NCBI GenBank assembly: GCA_964487775.1
Contig: CAZASH010000002.1
Coordinates: forward strand, 134,142 to 198,141
Length of the DNA stretch: 64,000 nucleotides
Reading direction: 5' to 3'
DNA from: an uncultured Ruminococcus sp.
Lineage (GTDB): Bacteria > Bacillota > Clostridia > Oscillospirales > CAG-382
The notes under the pieces were generated by a model that saw nothing but the letters and a program-made list of their open reading frames with translations, made no database searches and was not told where the DNA came from. Position numbers and translations under genes: made by a program. Positions 16,375 to 26,266 of the stretch are shown here, in pieces. Every line of letters starts with the position of its first letter. The stretch's first letter is position 1.

Positions 16375-17499
16375 TTATTCAAGATAATCCTTGAGCTTTT
16401 TGCTGCGTGAGGGGTGGCGAAGCTTGCGCAGTGCCTTTGCCTCGATCTGGCGAATACGCTCTCTGGTGATGTCAAACTCTCTGCCGACCTCCTCGAGTGT
16501 GCGGGGTCTGCCGTCGTCGAGACCGAAACGCAATTTGAGCACTGCCTCCTCACGAGCTGTGAGCGTGTGCAATACCTCCTGCAATTGCTCACGCAGCATC
16601 ATATAGGTTGCCGCGTCCGCAGGGGCGGGGGTGTTGTCGTCGGCGATGAAATCGCCTAAGTGGCTGTCTTCCTCTTCGCCTATTGGCATCTCGAGCGAGA
16701 CCGGCTCCTGTGCTATCTTGAGTATCTCGCGCACCTTGTCGACAGGCATATTCATCTGCTCTGCGATCTCTTCTTCGGACGGATCTCTGCCATAGTCCTG
16801 TAGCAGCTGACGTGAAACACGCAGGACCTTGTTGATGGTCTCGACCATGTGAACGGGTATTCTGATCGTGCGCGCCTGGTCGGCGATGGCACGTGTGATG
16901 GCTTGTCTTATCCACCAGGTTGCGTAGGTCGAAAACTTATAGCCCTTGCCGTAGTCGAACTTTTCGACTGCCTTCATCAGACCGAGGTTGCCCTCCTGGA
17001 TGAGGTCGAGGAAGTACATTCCGCGGTTGACATAGCGCTTTGCTATGCTGACGACAAGTCGCAGGTTTGCCTCGACGAGCTGATTTTTTGCATCCTTGTC
17101 GCCCTGCGACATACGGAACGCAAGCTCGAGCTCACGGTCTGCCGACAAAAGCGGAACCTTGCCTATTTCCTTTAAGTACATTCTGACGGGGTCGTCGACA
17201 GAAACGCCGTCCTGCGTGAGCAGCTCGTCGATCTCCTCGGGGTTGTCGTCGACGGGCTCCTCTTCGATATCGCCGGGCAGGTCGTCTGCGCCGTCGTCAT
17301 AGCTGTCGCCGTCGTTGTCTATGGCGATCTCAACGCCTTCTGCCTCGAGCGCGTCATAAAGCTGCTCAAGCATCTCGATGGTAACGTCGGTATCCTCGAG
17401 CGAAAGCAGTATGTCGTGCGGAGTGACCGTGCCGCCTGCCGCTATGATATTCTGCAGCTCGGGGCTGATGACATTTTTGATTTCTGACATTTTTTGCAT
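16375..17499 (-). CDS. rpoD: Primary RNA polymerase sigma factor (sigma-70/SigA)
   Basis: Acidic region 1, and regions 2-4 including [14 protein letters not shown] and a C-terminus ending in LKDYLE. Confidence 0.95.
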   Translation of the reverse strand: MQKMSEIKNVISPELQNIIAAGGTVTPHDILLSLEDTDVTIEMLEQLYDALEAEGVEIAIDNDGDSYDDGADDLPGDIEEEPVDDNPEEIDELLTQDGVSVDDPVRMYLKEIGKVPLLSADRELELAFRMSQGDKDAKNQLVEANLRLVVSIAKRYVNRGMYFLDLIQEGNLGLMKAVEKFDYGKGYKFSTYATWWIRQAITRAIADQARTIRIPVHMVETINKVLRVSRQLLQDYGRDPSEEEIAEQMNMPVDKVREILKIAQEPVSLEMPIGEEEDSHLGDFIADDNTPAPADAATYMMLREQLQEVLHTLTAREEAVLKLRFGLDDGRPRTLEEVGREFDITRERIRQIEAKALRKLRHPSRSKKLKDYLE

Positions 17500-17513
17500 C
17501 CTTTCGGGTATCT

Positions 17514-19283
17514 TTATGTTTTTTTTCTTTTTTTATCAAGGTAGGCCTGCAGGCCCGAAGCGGCATCGGCGGCTATTGCGTCGTCGGCAGCACGCTTTTC
17601 GCGCAGCTCTTTGAGCTTTGCGGCGGTGGCTTTGAGAGTTTCGGCATCGTTGCTGCCCAGAGAACGCCGTGACGCGATATACCGCGTTATCTCTGAGATC
17701 TCGGCAGGCGTAAATATGCCTTCACGGCTCAGTATCGCCTCTCGTCCCTCTTTGAAATCCGGCAGGAATGCCTCGAATACTCGCCTGTTGAACTCGGTGG
17801 CAAAATCGTCTGCCGTCAATATTTCTGCGCCGATGATGCCAAGCTCGGGAATAAGCAGCAGCATTCCCAGCAGCGACTGCTCGAGCAATGCCTCAGAAGA
17901 ATATTTGAGCCTGTCGGTGTTGACTCTGTCGCCGTAGCCTGCCGAGGCTCGTATGGCATCCGAGGATGCCTTTTTGACTCTCGCCGCCTGTATGCGTGAA
18001 TGCTTGCGCTCTGCCTCTGATTGCAGGGTATTTGCAGTCAGCGAAAGCCTGTCGGCGACACGGGATGAATAGACCTCGCGCTCTATCTGACTGTCAAGCG
18101 AAGCGATAAGCGACGTCAGCTCGTCGGCTGCACGCAATTTGTCGTCGGGCGACGAAAGGTCGTATTTTGAGATTATCTGATCTATGCGGAAATCCACCTG
18201 TCCGACCGAGGCGTTCAGCTTGTTTGCAAATGCGGCGCTGCCGTATTTTTTGATGAACTCGTCAGGGTCCTTTGTGTCATCCGAAAGTGTTATTATCTCT
18301 GATTTAACGCCTGCCTCGTCGAGCATCTTGATCGCCTTTAATTTTGCTCCCGTGCCTGCGGCGTCCATATCATAGCAGATATAAACGACTTTTGCGTATC
18401 TTGCTATGAGCCTTGCGTGCTCGGCGGTTATCGCCGTGCCGAGCGTTGCGACTGCGTTAGAAAAGCCTGCCTGATGCAATGCTATCGCATCTGCCGCACC
18501 CTCGCACAGTATCAGCTTGCCGTCTGTCGTGTTTTTTGCTATGTTCAGCCCAAAGAGCAATTTGCTCTTTTTGAATGCGGGCGTGTCTGATGTGTTGATG
18601 TATTTGCGGTCGTCCTTGTCGTTTAATCGCCTGCACGAGAATGCGACGACCTCGCCCTGAACGCTCATTATCGGGAACACAAGGCGGTTTCTGAAAATAT
18701 CATAAAGCCTGCCGTCCTTTTTTGATCTCGACGCAAGGAACGAAGCGACAAGTTCGTCGTCGGTATAGCCCTTGCTTTTAAGGTGATCTGTGAGCGCCGT
18801 CCAGCTGTCGGGCGCATAGCCCATGCCAAAGCGCCTGACGGTCAGCGGAGTATAGCCGCGCTTTTGAATGTATTCTCTTGCAACAGCTCCCTGCTCTGAA
18901 AAGAGCCTGTCTCTGAAAAATCTTGCGGCGTCAGTCGTTGCCGCTATAACTCTGTCGCGCCTGACCGAGACCCCTGACTGCTGCTCGCCGCTCTCTTCTA
19001 TCGGAATGCCTGCACGCTCTGCCAGAAATCTTATCGCATCGGGATATTCGAGCCCTTCGGCTCTCATCACGAACGAAACGACATCGCCGCCTGCGCCGCA
19101 GCCAAAGCAATAGAACGTGCGCGTCGACGGAAATACCGTGAACGACGGTGTCTTTTCGCTGTGGAACGGGCACAGACCGTTATAATTCGAGCCTGCACGC
19201 TTGAGCGCAACGTATCTGCTGACGACGTCGTATATGTCGTTGCGGTCTCTGACCTCGTCAAGAAATGCGCGTGAAAACGCCAT
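17514..19283 (-). CDS. dnaG: DNA primase
   Basis: Zn ribbon [20 protein letters not shown], a TOPRIM domain (EGAADAIAL), and the position upstream of rpoD. Confidence 0.95.
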   Translation of the reverse strand: MAFSRAFLDEVRDRNDIYDVVSRYVALKRAGSNYNGLCPFHSEKTPSFTVFPSTRTFYCFGCGAGGDVVSFVMRAEGLEYPDAIRFLAERAGIPIEESGEQQSGVSVRRDRVIAATTDAARFFRDRLFSEQGAVAREYIQKRGYTPLTVRRFGMGYAPDSWTALTDHLKSKGYTDDELVASFLASRSKKDGRLYDIFRNRLVFPIMSVQGEVVAFSCRRLNDKDDRKYINTSDTPAFKKSKLLFGLNIAKNTTDGKLILCEGAADAIALHQAGFSNAVATLGTAITAEHARLIARYAKVVYICYDMDAAGTGAKLKAIKMLDEAGVKSEIITLSDDTKDPDEFIKKYGSAAFANKLNASVGQVDFRIDQIISKYDLSSPDDKLRAADELTSLIASLDSQIEREVYSSRVADRLSLTANTLQSEAERKHSRIQAARVKKASSDAIRASAGYGDRVNTDRLKYSSEALLEQSLLGMLLLIPELGIIGAEILTADDFATEFNRRVFEAFLPDFKEGREAILSREGIFTPAEISEITRYIASRRSLGSNDAETLKATAAKLKELREKRAADDAIAADAASGLQAYLDKKRKKT

Positions 19284-19316
19284 GACGTCCTCCTCTTGCT
19301 AATGCTTTAAAATGCT

Positions 19317-20312
19317 TTAATTGGTTTTGTATGTCGGCCATACACGCGGCACAAACAGGCTCTCGTAGGTCGAGATGGCATATCTGTCTGTCATGCTTGC
19401 GAGATGGTCGCAGACGGCTCTTTCGGCGCCGTCGGACTCTATGATGCCCTTTAATTCGTCGGGCAATTTGTCTATGTGAGAAATGTAATATTCAAACAGG
19501 CTCTGCATCAGACCAAGCACCTTTGCATCCTCGCTCCGTGCATCTCTGTGACCATAGACACGTTCGAACATAAACGCTCTCAGGTCCATCATTGCCTGTC
19601 CCTCGGGCTCTGTCATGCCTATCTCGCCGCCGAGGACTCCGTTTTTGATGACGGCGGTGACCATCGAGGTTATGCGCTCGCTGTGCGTGTTGCCGAGAAT
19701 ATCGCATATGTCGCGGGGAATGTCGTCTTTGTCGAGCAGTCCCGCACGAACGGCATCGTCGATGTCGTGATTGAGATAGGCTATGCGGTCGGCGTATTTT
19801 ATAAGCTGTCCCTCGAGCGTGCACGCTTTGTTGCTGCCCGAGTGGTTGACTATGCCGTCACGCACCTCATAGGTAAGGTTGAGCGCCTCTATTTTGTCGA
19901 CGACTCTGAGGCTCTGCTCGTAATGCTTAAATCCGCAGGGCATTATCTCATCGAGCGCCCTCTCGCCGGAATGTCCGAACGGAGTATGCCCGAGGTCGTG
20001 TCCGAGCGCTGCCGCCTCGGTGAGGTCCTCGTTGAGACACATCGCTCTCGCCAGTGTGCGCGCTATCTGCGTCACCTCGAGCGTGTGAGTCAGTCTTGTG
20101 CGGTAGTGGTCCCCCTCGGGAGAGATAAACACCTGCATCTTGTTCATCAGTCGCCTGAATGCCTTGCAATGCGTTATGCGGTCGCGGTCACGCTGAAAAT
20201 CGGTGCGCACGGGGCAGTCGCCTATCGGGTGCAGTCTGCCTTTGGTATCGGCGGTGTGAAATGCCTGCGGACACAGATAAGAGCGCTCGCGCTCGAGAGT
20301 TACGTTTTTCAT
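19317..20312 (-). CDS. dgt: dGTP triphosphohydrolase-like HD-domain protein
   Basis: Start moved to MKNVTLERER (TAATG overlap with the upstream stop). HD motif HDLGHTPFGH. 331 aa. Confidence 0.85.
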   Translation of the reverse strand: MKNVTLERERSYLCPQAFHTADTKGRLHPIGDCPVRTDFQRDRDRITHCKAFRRLMNKMQVFISPEGDHYRTRLTHTLEVTQIARTLARAMCLNEDLTEAAALGHDLGHTPFGHSGERALDEIMPCGFKHYEQSLRVVDKIEALNLTYEVRDGIVNHSGSNKACTLEGQLIKYADRIAYLNHDIDDAVRAGLLDKDDIPRDICDILGNTHSERITSMVTAVIKNGVLGGEIGMTEPEGQAMMDLRAFMFERVYGHRDARSEDAKVLGLMQSLFEYYISHIDKLPDELKGIIESDGAERAVCDHLASMTDRYAISTYESLFVPRVWPTYKTN

Positions 20313-21973
20313 TATTTTATGTCCCTCCGTTTGAATGAGGATATTGCGCAGTACAGCCAGAGTGCGGTAAGCAGTATGCACACGATAAGTCCGTATGCGA
20401 TGCTTGTGCCTGATGTCGAGACTATCGACAACTGATCGAATATATCGCCGTAATACGACGAGCAGATAAGACCTGCATCGGTGTGCTCCCAAAGCGCCGT
20501 GTATGTCAAGGGGAAAAATTTGCATATCTTAGCGCCGAACAGGAAGCTGACTATCAGCGAGGACACTGTCGAAAATACTGTCGATGCTATGCCGATGAGC
20601 ATTCCTGCCATGGCGTTGCGTGTCAGTGTCGCCATCAGCATGGCGAGCGTGCCGAGCATTATCGCCGAAACACAGCTGCACAGAAATTCAAACAGCAGAT
20701 ATACAGGATATGCTATCGCCGTGATATTGCCGAATATGCTGACAGGCACAGGGACAAAAAAGTCGCCGATGCCTGTTATCAGCAGGCTTCCGACAGTATA
20801 AGCGACAAAGCACACCGAATAGACCGACATCACCGCAATGACAGAGGCGACGAACTTGCTTTGCATTATCCTTGCTCTGCTGACAGGTCTGATGACCAGC
20901 ATGTTTATCGTCTTTGCCGAAAACTCGCTTGCTATGGCAGTGCTGAAGATTATCAGCGCAAATATGTACAGCAGCGAGAAATTGCCAAAGAAGCCCGATG
21001 CGGCATTGCGTGCATCGCCCATCGACGAGTCGTATATGCCGTGCTCGAGGCAGTACCTGCCTGCCGCAAGCTGCTTGTGGTAATTGTCAAACCTTGCCTC
21101 GCAGTCGCTGAGGTATTGCTCATATCCGCCGAGTGACAGCGGCATCGCAGTGGATGCATATTGCGATTCGCTGTAAATATCATCGGCTTCGTATTTGTGA
21201 TTGTTATAGAAATCAAATATGCCGTTTGCCTGCTTAGATAATGGGTCGTTAAAGTCGAGATCGTTTTGAATGATATATTCGCAGGCGTATATGACAGACT
21301 CATACAGGTCCTTGTTGAGTGCGTATGAGAGCGCTTCTGCCCTTGAGAGCTCGCCTATCGATGCATATTGCTTTTCGAACGACTCGTATTCTTTTTTAAA
21401 GCCTGCCAGCTTGCCTGCGATATAGTCCGAATATTTTGCCGTGTCCAGCCATTGTCTGCATTCGTCGTAGAGCCTTGCGTTCTCTGAATGCATCGAATAA
21501 TCTTCGTTCATTAGTCCGAGATAGCCTGTCAGAAAGTTGGCATATTCTTTGCCGTTCTCGATCTGGTCGACTATGACCTTTGAAAAGGCGGTGCTCCAGA
21601 CCTCGTCAGAAAATCTGCTGTATCGCCAGTCGTTGTGATCGATGATCCCTATGCTGTCGGCATATCTTAATGCTTCGGCATACGCAAGGCTTTCGAGTAT
21701 CACGAGCCCTTCGGGAACTCTGGAACTTTTGTAGTCAAAAAAGTAGACACTGTAGCCAGAATAGCCGTTGGCGATGGCGTTTGCGTTGTCGATATAGCTT
21801 TGTGCCGTTTCCGCCGTAGTCTGTGTATCTGCCAGGCTCATGCTGAGTGCGGTGGTTGCAAGGCTAAGCAGAGTGGCGGCTATAAGCAGTGCCGCAAGCA
21901 CAGTGTTCAGCTTGCGTGCACGTAATTTGATAAGCTCGTTTTTTAAGAGCGTTGATAATTTTGCTGTTTTCAT
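20312..21973 (-). CDS. ABC-2 type transporter permease with a large (~300 aa) extracytoplasmic N-terminal domain
   Basis: N-terminal TM, long soluble segment, then a C-terminal 5-6 TM block beginning FSAKTINMLVIRPVSRARIMQSKF (ABC-2 style). Its RBS and ATG lie inside 50-bp repeat copy 1. Confidence 0.7.
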   Translation of the reverse strand: MKTAKLSTLLKNELIKLRARKLNTVLAALLIAATLLSLATTALSMSLADTQTTAETAQSYIDNANAIANGYSGYSVYFFDYKSSRVPEGLVILESLAYAEALRYADSIGIIDHNDWRYSRFSDEVWSTAFSKVIVDQIENGKEYANFLTGYLGLMNEDYSMHSENARLYDECRQWLDTAKYSDYIAGKLAGFKKEYESFEKQYASIGELSRAEALSYALNKDLYESVIYACEYIIQNDLDFNDPLSKQANGIFDFYNNHKYEADDIYSESQYASTAMPLSLGGYEQYLSDCEARFDNYHKQLAAGRYCLEHGIYDSSMGDARNAASGFFGNFSLLYIFALIIFSTAIASEFSAKTINMLVIRPVSRARIMQSKFVASVIAVMSVYSVCFVAYTVGSLLITGIGDFFVPVPVSIFGNITAIAYPVYLLFEFLCSCVSAIMLGTLAMLMATLTRNAMAGMLIGIASTVFSTVSSLIVSFLFGAKICKFFPLTYTALWEHTDAGLICSSYYGDIFDQLSIVSTSGTSIAYGLIVCILLTALWLYCAISSFKRRDIK

Positions 21974-22016
21974 TTGTCACCTCTTTATGATATCTGCTGT
22001 GGAGCAGAGTGGGTGA
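21967..22016 (-). repeat. 50-bp perfect direct repeat, copy 1 (orphan ATPase 3' end + RBS + ATG of the permease)
   Basis: Identical to 23719-23768. It encodes ..ITHSAPQQIS* AGAGGTGACAA ATGAAAA on the minus strand. Confidence 0.95.
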
Positions 22017-22025
22017 ATAGAATGC

Positions 22026-22971
22026 TTAACTTGGTAGTTGCATTGTTGTTGTGGATGTATAAATTGGGCTTTCTCCGTTTTTAAATGCGGCTTGGCTTGG
22101 AAATATTTCAAGTTTGATTACACATTCGCAATTTGATGTATATGACGTGGTTGTTTTATAGTACTGTCCTACTGCCATGTCAGGCGTGGCAAAGTCAAGA
22201 GATACGACAATAGAAAGTGCTTCCGCAACCTTTAATGACACCTGTGCTATTTTGTTTAAAGTATTCGTTGGTGTAAAAAACAATACAATGCTCGGAATGG
22301 CAACAGTTACTTTTTGCAAAGTAATGTCAGATTGCGTTATTGTTTGATACGTGACCTTTGTTGCAAAAGGACGGTCGAACAGCGTCGAATAGTGCTTGTG
22401 CTCGTTGTAGTTTCTGGCTACGATAGTAGCTGAAACAGTAATGCCACAAATGAATCCTTTCGTTTCTATGGTTATTGTATGCACTCCTTTTTTCTGCCAG
22501 ACATGTTTAGCATTGTGCCTTGGGTTCTGCAAGCAGATGGATACTCATATCCAAGTTTAAAATCAAAATAGGATGTAACAGGAATATCGCCCTTTACATT
22601 AACAACTATAGTTAACATATGATCGGTTGTTATCGATGCGGAAGTTACAGATATGTAATTGTCTATTAATGTAGAGCTGGTTTGAATCGATTGCAATGAA
22701 ACGCCTGAATTTTCGTTAGCAATATTTTGGCTTTTAGAGGTACGTTCTAATAATTCAAAAAAACAGCGTTAACATTTTTGGAGTTTTCCACTGTGTGCGA
22801 CAACGCATATAGTTCATCTAAAGAGCACGATCTTAAGAATTCATCTGTCAAAATACATTCTGTGCTTTCAGCGTTGACGAGAATGTTGATTGAGTTTATA
22901 GATACTGCGAACAACAAGGCTATCGATAACGCAAGACTAATGGTGCTTTTAATTAGTTTTAGGTGTTTCAT
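22026..22971 (-). pseudogene. Secreted protein of unknown family present as three ORF fragments; +1 in the T7 run (22757-22763) and +1 in the A6 run (22488-22493) would rejoin them
   Basis: Fragment 1 (22747-22971) has a signal peptide, MKHLKLIKSTISLALSIALLFAVS. Fragments 2 and 3 lack ATG starts. Each downstream frame opens only a few codons before the run. Restored product is ~315 aa. Confidence 0.4.
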
Positions 22972-23013
22972 GGAATTTCCTTTCTGATTTGCTCTTTAAT
23001 TATTAAATAAACA

Positions 23014-23725
23014 TCATTCATCGATTTTGATGGTGACATTATCTGTGTATATGCACATTGCGGTCACGATGTCATCGCTGACTAATGCAAATGTATAAAT
23101 ATGATTATCCTTGAAAAAGAAGCCTGTATTTGTTGCTGTATTGAATTGGGAGTTATAATTGCGAGACAAATACGAGAGTATTTCTAAAGCAAAGATGTTT
23201 CTGACGCATTTCGATGCATTGATTTTTATGGAGTAGAAAGCATTATTATCGTTCGCCAGAAACTGATCTACTGTGGTTATTGATGCGCCTAAATACGGAG
23301 AAAAAGAGCGCACTAAAACGGTGTCTTGATCGCTTTCTACAACATAATCAGAACGCACAACATCGGATGCTCTTATTATGTTTAAATTGCTTGGAATGCT
23401 CTCATATGCAGTGTAACAAGACGAATTATAATCGAGTACAATAAGAACCGCGATTGCCAAAAGTGCGATAAATAGCGCAATATAAAAAGATGCTTTAAGC
23501 ACCGCTTTTGCATTAATTTTAACGATAAAAAGGTTGTATGCGAATGCCATAGCGAATTCAAGTGCCAAAATCCAGTATATAATCGCTTGCTTGAATAGGA
23601 TATTGCATATTGCAAGCCCCCCCTTGTAATGCTTTTATAATTGAAATAATGGCTAACAATAAATAGATATATCGTATCGCCAAATTAAGAATGGTGCTGT
23701 TTGTATCATTCTTTTCATTTTTCAT
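23014..23725 (-). pseudogene. Polytopic membrane protein of unknown family, interrupted at a G7 run (23617-23623)
   Basis: ATG at 23725 uses the duplicated permease RBS and start (MKNEKNDTNSTILNLAIRYIYLLLAIISIIKALQGG). That frame stops at codon 56. With G6 it reads through into the 184-aa ORF 23014-23568 (..LAICNILFKQAIIYWILALEFAMAF..). Confidence 0.45.
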
Positions 23726-23768
23726 TTGTCACCTCTTTATGATATCTGCTGTGGAGCAGAGTGGGTGA
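23719..23768 (-). repeat. 50-bp perfect direct repeat, copy 2 (authentic ATPase 3' end + RBS + ATG now opening the cassette)
   Basis: Identical to 21967-22016. Confidence 0.95.
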
Positions 23769-24651
23769 TCTCGAGATATGCATCCTCGAGCGTGGGCTCT
23801 GACGAGGTCAGCGAATAGACCTCTATGCCTGCCAGCACCAGCTCGCGGTTTATTGCCGCAGCGGCAGGCTTGGGCAATATGCAGGTGACGAAATTGCTGT
23901 CGGCGCTCGCCGTGGGATCATGCCTTTTGATAAGCTCGAGCGCCTTTTGTGTGTCAGAGACCTCGAGCCTGTGGGCACGTGGCTGAGCAGGATCTGCAAG
24001 TGTAAATTCCTCGATCGATCTGGTGGCTATTATCTCGCCTCGCTCGATTATGCAGACTCTGTTGCACATAAGCTGCAGCTCGGGCAATTGATGCGACGAG
24101 ACCAGCACCGCACAGCCCGAGAGGGCGCACGAGCGCAAAATATCACGCAGCTCTTTTATGCCTGCAGGGTCGAGTCCGTTGGTCGGCTCGTCGAGTATCA
24201 AAAGCTTTGGCGATGCCAAAAGCGCCTGTGCTATGCCGAGGCGCTGCCTCATGCCGAGCGAATAGCCCTTGACCTTTTCGTCAAGCCTGCCCGAAAGCCT
24301 GACCATGTCGGCGACTGCCGCAACACGGTCATCCGAAACGCCGTATATCCGTGCGAACTGCATAAGATTTTCACGCCCTGTGAGGTAAGAATAGAGGTCG
24401 GGGCTCTCGACTATCGCTCCGACGCTTTCGAGTGCGAGCTCGTGCTCGTCGCAGATGTCGTGTCCGCATATTCTGACCTTGCCGCTGTCTGCCTTGAGCA
24501 AGCCGAGTATTATCTTTATGCACGTCGTCTTGCCTGCGCCGTTAGGACCGAGAAACCCGGTTATATCGCCTTCGCCGACATTGAAGCTGACATTATTAAG
24601 CACTCTGCGAGCGCCGAAATTCTTGCTGACACCGCTGACTTCGAGAACCAT
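23737..24651 (-). CDS. ABC transporter ATP-binding protein
   Basis: Start moved to MVLEVSGVSKNF (GGAGGTG SD). Walker A GPNGAGKTT, signature YSLGMRQRL, Walker B LLILDEPTNGLD. Confidence 0.9.
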   Translation of the reverse strand: MVLEVSGVSKNFGARRVLNNVSFNVGEGDITGFLGPNGAGKTTCIKIILGLLKADSGKVRICGHDICDEHELALESVGAIVESPDLYSYLTGRENLMQFARIYGVSDDRVAAVADMVRLSGRLDEKVKGYSLGMRQRLGIAQALLASPKLLILDEPTNGLDPAGIKELRDILRSCALSGCAVLVSSHQLPELQLMCNRVCIIERGEIIATRSIEEFTLADPAQPRAHRLEVSDTQKALELIKRHDPTASADSNFVTCILPKPAAAAINRELVLAGIEVYSLTSSEPTLEDAYLEITHSAPQQIS

Positions 24652-24769
24652 TTTTGCACCTCCATGTTTTTTTACATACATATATACGCACCCAAAACGC
24701 AAAAACCCTCTTTTTTCGGCTGCAAAAATTCAAAAAAATCTCTTGCGGGCATATTTTTTGCGTAATTGC

Positions 24770-24798
24770 TTGCTTTTTTTATAAAGTTGTGCTAAAAT
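24770..24798 (+). promoter_or_regulatory. Promoter TTGCTT-17-(TG)C-TAAAAT for the DUF5685/J-domain operon
   Basis: Extended -10 and correct spacing, 36 nt before the ATG at 24834. Confidence 0.45.
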
Positions 24799-24833
24799 TT
24801 TAGCTTGAGAAACTATGAAAGTGAGCGCACCCG

Positions 24834-25679
24834 ATGTTCGGCTATATACGTCCTGTCGATGATGAACTGTATGTCAAAGACCTAACGCTTTACAGAGCGG
24901 TCTATTGCGGCATGTGCAAGTACGGCGGCAAGCGTATATCGAGGCTTACACGCTTCTTTCTGAACTATGATTTTGTCTTGCTTGCGCTTTTGAGGCTTTC
25001 GCTTTCCGGCACCGAATATGTGACTGTCGATGCGAGATGCCCATACAAGCTTTCAAAGCAAAAGATGCTTGCGTCAGAAAAAGCCGACGAGGTATATGCC
25101 TATGTCTGCTCGTGCTTTGCCATTCTCACCTATCTCAACAACGAGGATGACATCGCCGACGGCGGCGGACTGAAGCCGAGGCTTTTAAGACCGTTGCTTT
25201 CGCATATGAGGCGCAGGGCAGTCGGCTTTGATGCGCTTTATGCAAGAACTTTGGACAGCCTTTTAGAATTGCGTTCGCTCGAAAAAGCAAATTGCCCCGA
25301 TATAGACCGTGCGGCGGAATGCTTTGCTTCGATACTTGCCGACGTCGCAAGCGGAAATCTCGAGGGCACTAACGCCGAGATAGCCAGGCAATGCGGCTTG
25401 CATCTTGGCAGGTTCGTTTATCTCATCGACGCCTATGACGATATGAAGGACGACGCAAAAAGCGGCTCTTATAATCCGTTTATCTGCAAATACGGCAGTG
25501 TCGGGGCGGCGCTCGAGCACAAGAGCGAGATAGAAACAACGCTCGTCGACAGCATGAATGCATTTTCGGCTGTGTACGGGCTTGCAGGCAGCTCTGTATA
25601 CGACAGGCTGATATATAACATTTCCGAGCTTGGCGGCAGGCACGCCGTCTTTAAGATTTCAAAGGAGTATTCACAGTGA
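24834..25679 (+). CDS. DUF5685-like protein
   Basis: The N-terminus [29 protein letters not shown] matches my recollection of DUF5685. 4-nt overlap with the next gene. Confidence 0.55.
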   Translation: MFGYIRPVDDELYVKDLTLYRAVYCGMCKYGGKRISRLTRFFLNYDFVLLALLRLSLSGTEYVTVDARCPYKLSKQKMLASEKADEVYAYVCSCFAILTYLNNEDDIADGGGLKPRLLRPLLSHMRRRAVGFDALYARTLDSLLELRSLEKANCPDIDRAAECFASILADVASGNLEGTNAEIARQCGLHLGRFVYLIDAYDDMKDDAKSGSYNPFICKYGSVGAALEHKSEIETTLVDSMNAFSAVYGLAGSSVYDRLIYNISELGGRHAVFKISKEYSQ

Positions 25680-26266
25680 CCGATCCCTATGCAGTCCTTG
25701 GCGTTTCGCGCAATGCGACAGATCAAGAGATCAAGGCGGCTTACCGCGAGCTTGCAAAAAAATATCATCCCGACAATTTTGCCGGCAACCCTCTGGCAGA
25801 TCAGGCGAGCGAAAAGATGAAAGAGATCAACGCCGCCTATGATCAGATCAAGAGCGAGCGCTCGGGCAAGACACGCGGCGGATATTCTGCGCCCGACTAT
25901 AATTACAGTGCGAGCAGCAGCTATCGTGAGATAGCCGAGCTGATACAGACAAACAGGCTCGCCGAGGCAGAGACACTGCTTTTGAGGTTTTCAGAGGCAG
26001 AGCGCACCGCCGAATGGCATTATTATATGGGTCACATTTATTATCGCAGGGGCAGAATGGACGGCGCAAGGAACGAGTTTAAGACCGCCTGCGATATGGA
26101 TCCCACCAACCCCACGTTCCGCAACGCCTTTGACAGCTTAAATCGAGGCTCTGCGAACAGTCCCTACGGCGATGCGCAATATACTACCGCTTGCGGCGGC
26201 AACGACTGCTGCCGAGGCATAATCTGCGCAAACTGTCTCTGCAATATGATGAGGTGCTGCTATTGA
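25676..26266 (+). CDS. J-domain protein with a TPR-like middle and a C-terminal cysteine string
   Basis: J domain [31 protein letters not shown] (HPD motif). The tail is [25 protein letters not shown], with 9 Cys in 25 residues. Confidence 0.85.
   Translation: MTDPYAVLGVSRNATDQEIKAAYRELAKKYHPDNFAGNPLADQASEKMKEINAAYDQIKSERSGKTRGGYSAPDYNYSASSSYREIAELIQTNRLAEAETLLLRFSEAERTAEWHYYMGHIYYRRGRMDGARNEFKTACDMDPTNPTFRNAFDSLNRGSANSPYGDAQYTTACGGNDCCRGIICANCLCNMMRCCY

Noticed and set aside
17514-17545. T-rich run tttttttcttttttt at the dnaG/rpoD junction
   Set aside because: It is the complement of the Lys-rich C-terminal codons of DnaG (..LDKKRKKT*), not a regulatory tract or a repeat.
19317-20525. Long N-terminal extensions proposed by the ORF track (here 402 aa; also 59694-60761, 27695-28537, 34899-35795, 23737-24702, 5760-6476, 4972-5883, 44754-46037, 46255-47220)
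   Set aside because: Family-typical N-termini, SD sequences and ATGA/TAATG couplings point to internal starts. The extensions overlap upstream genes and have atypical composition.
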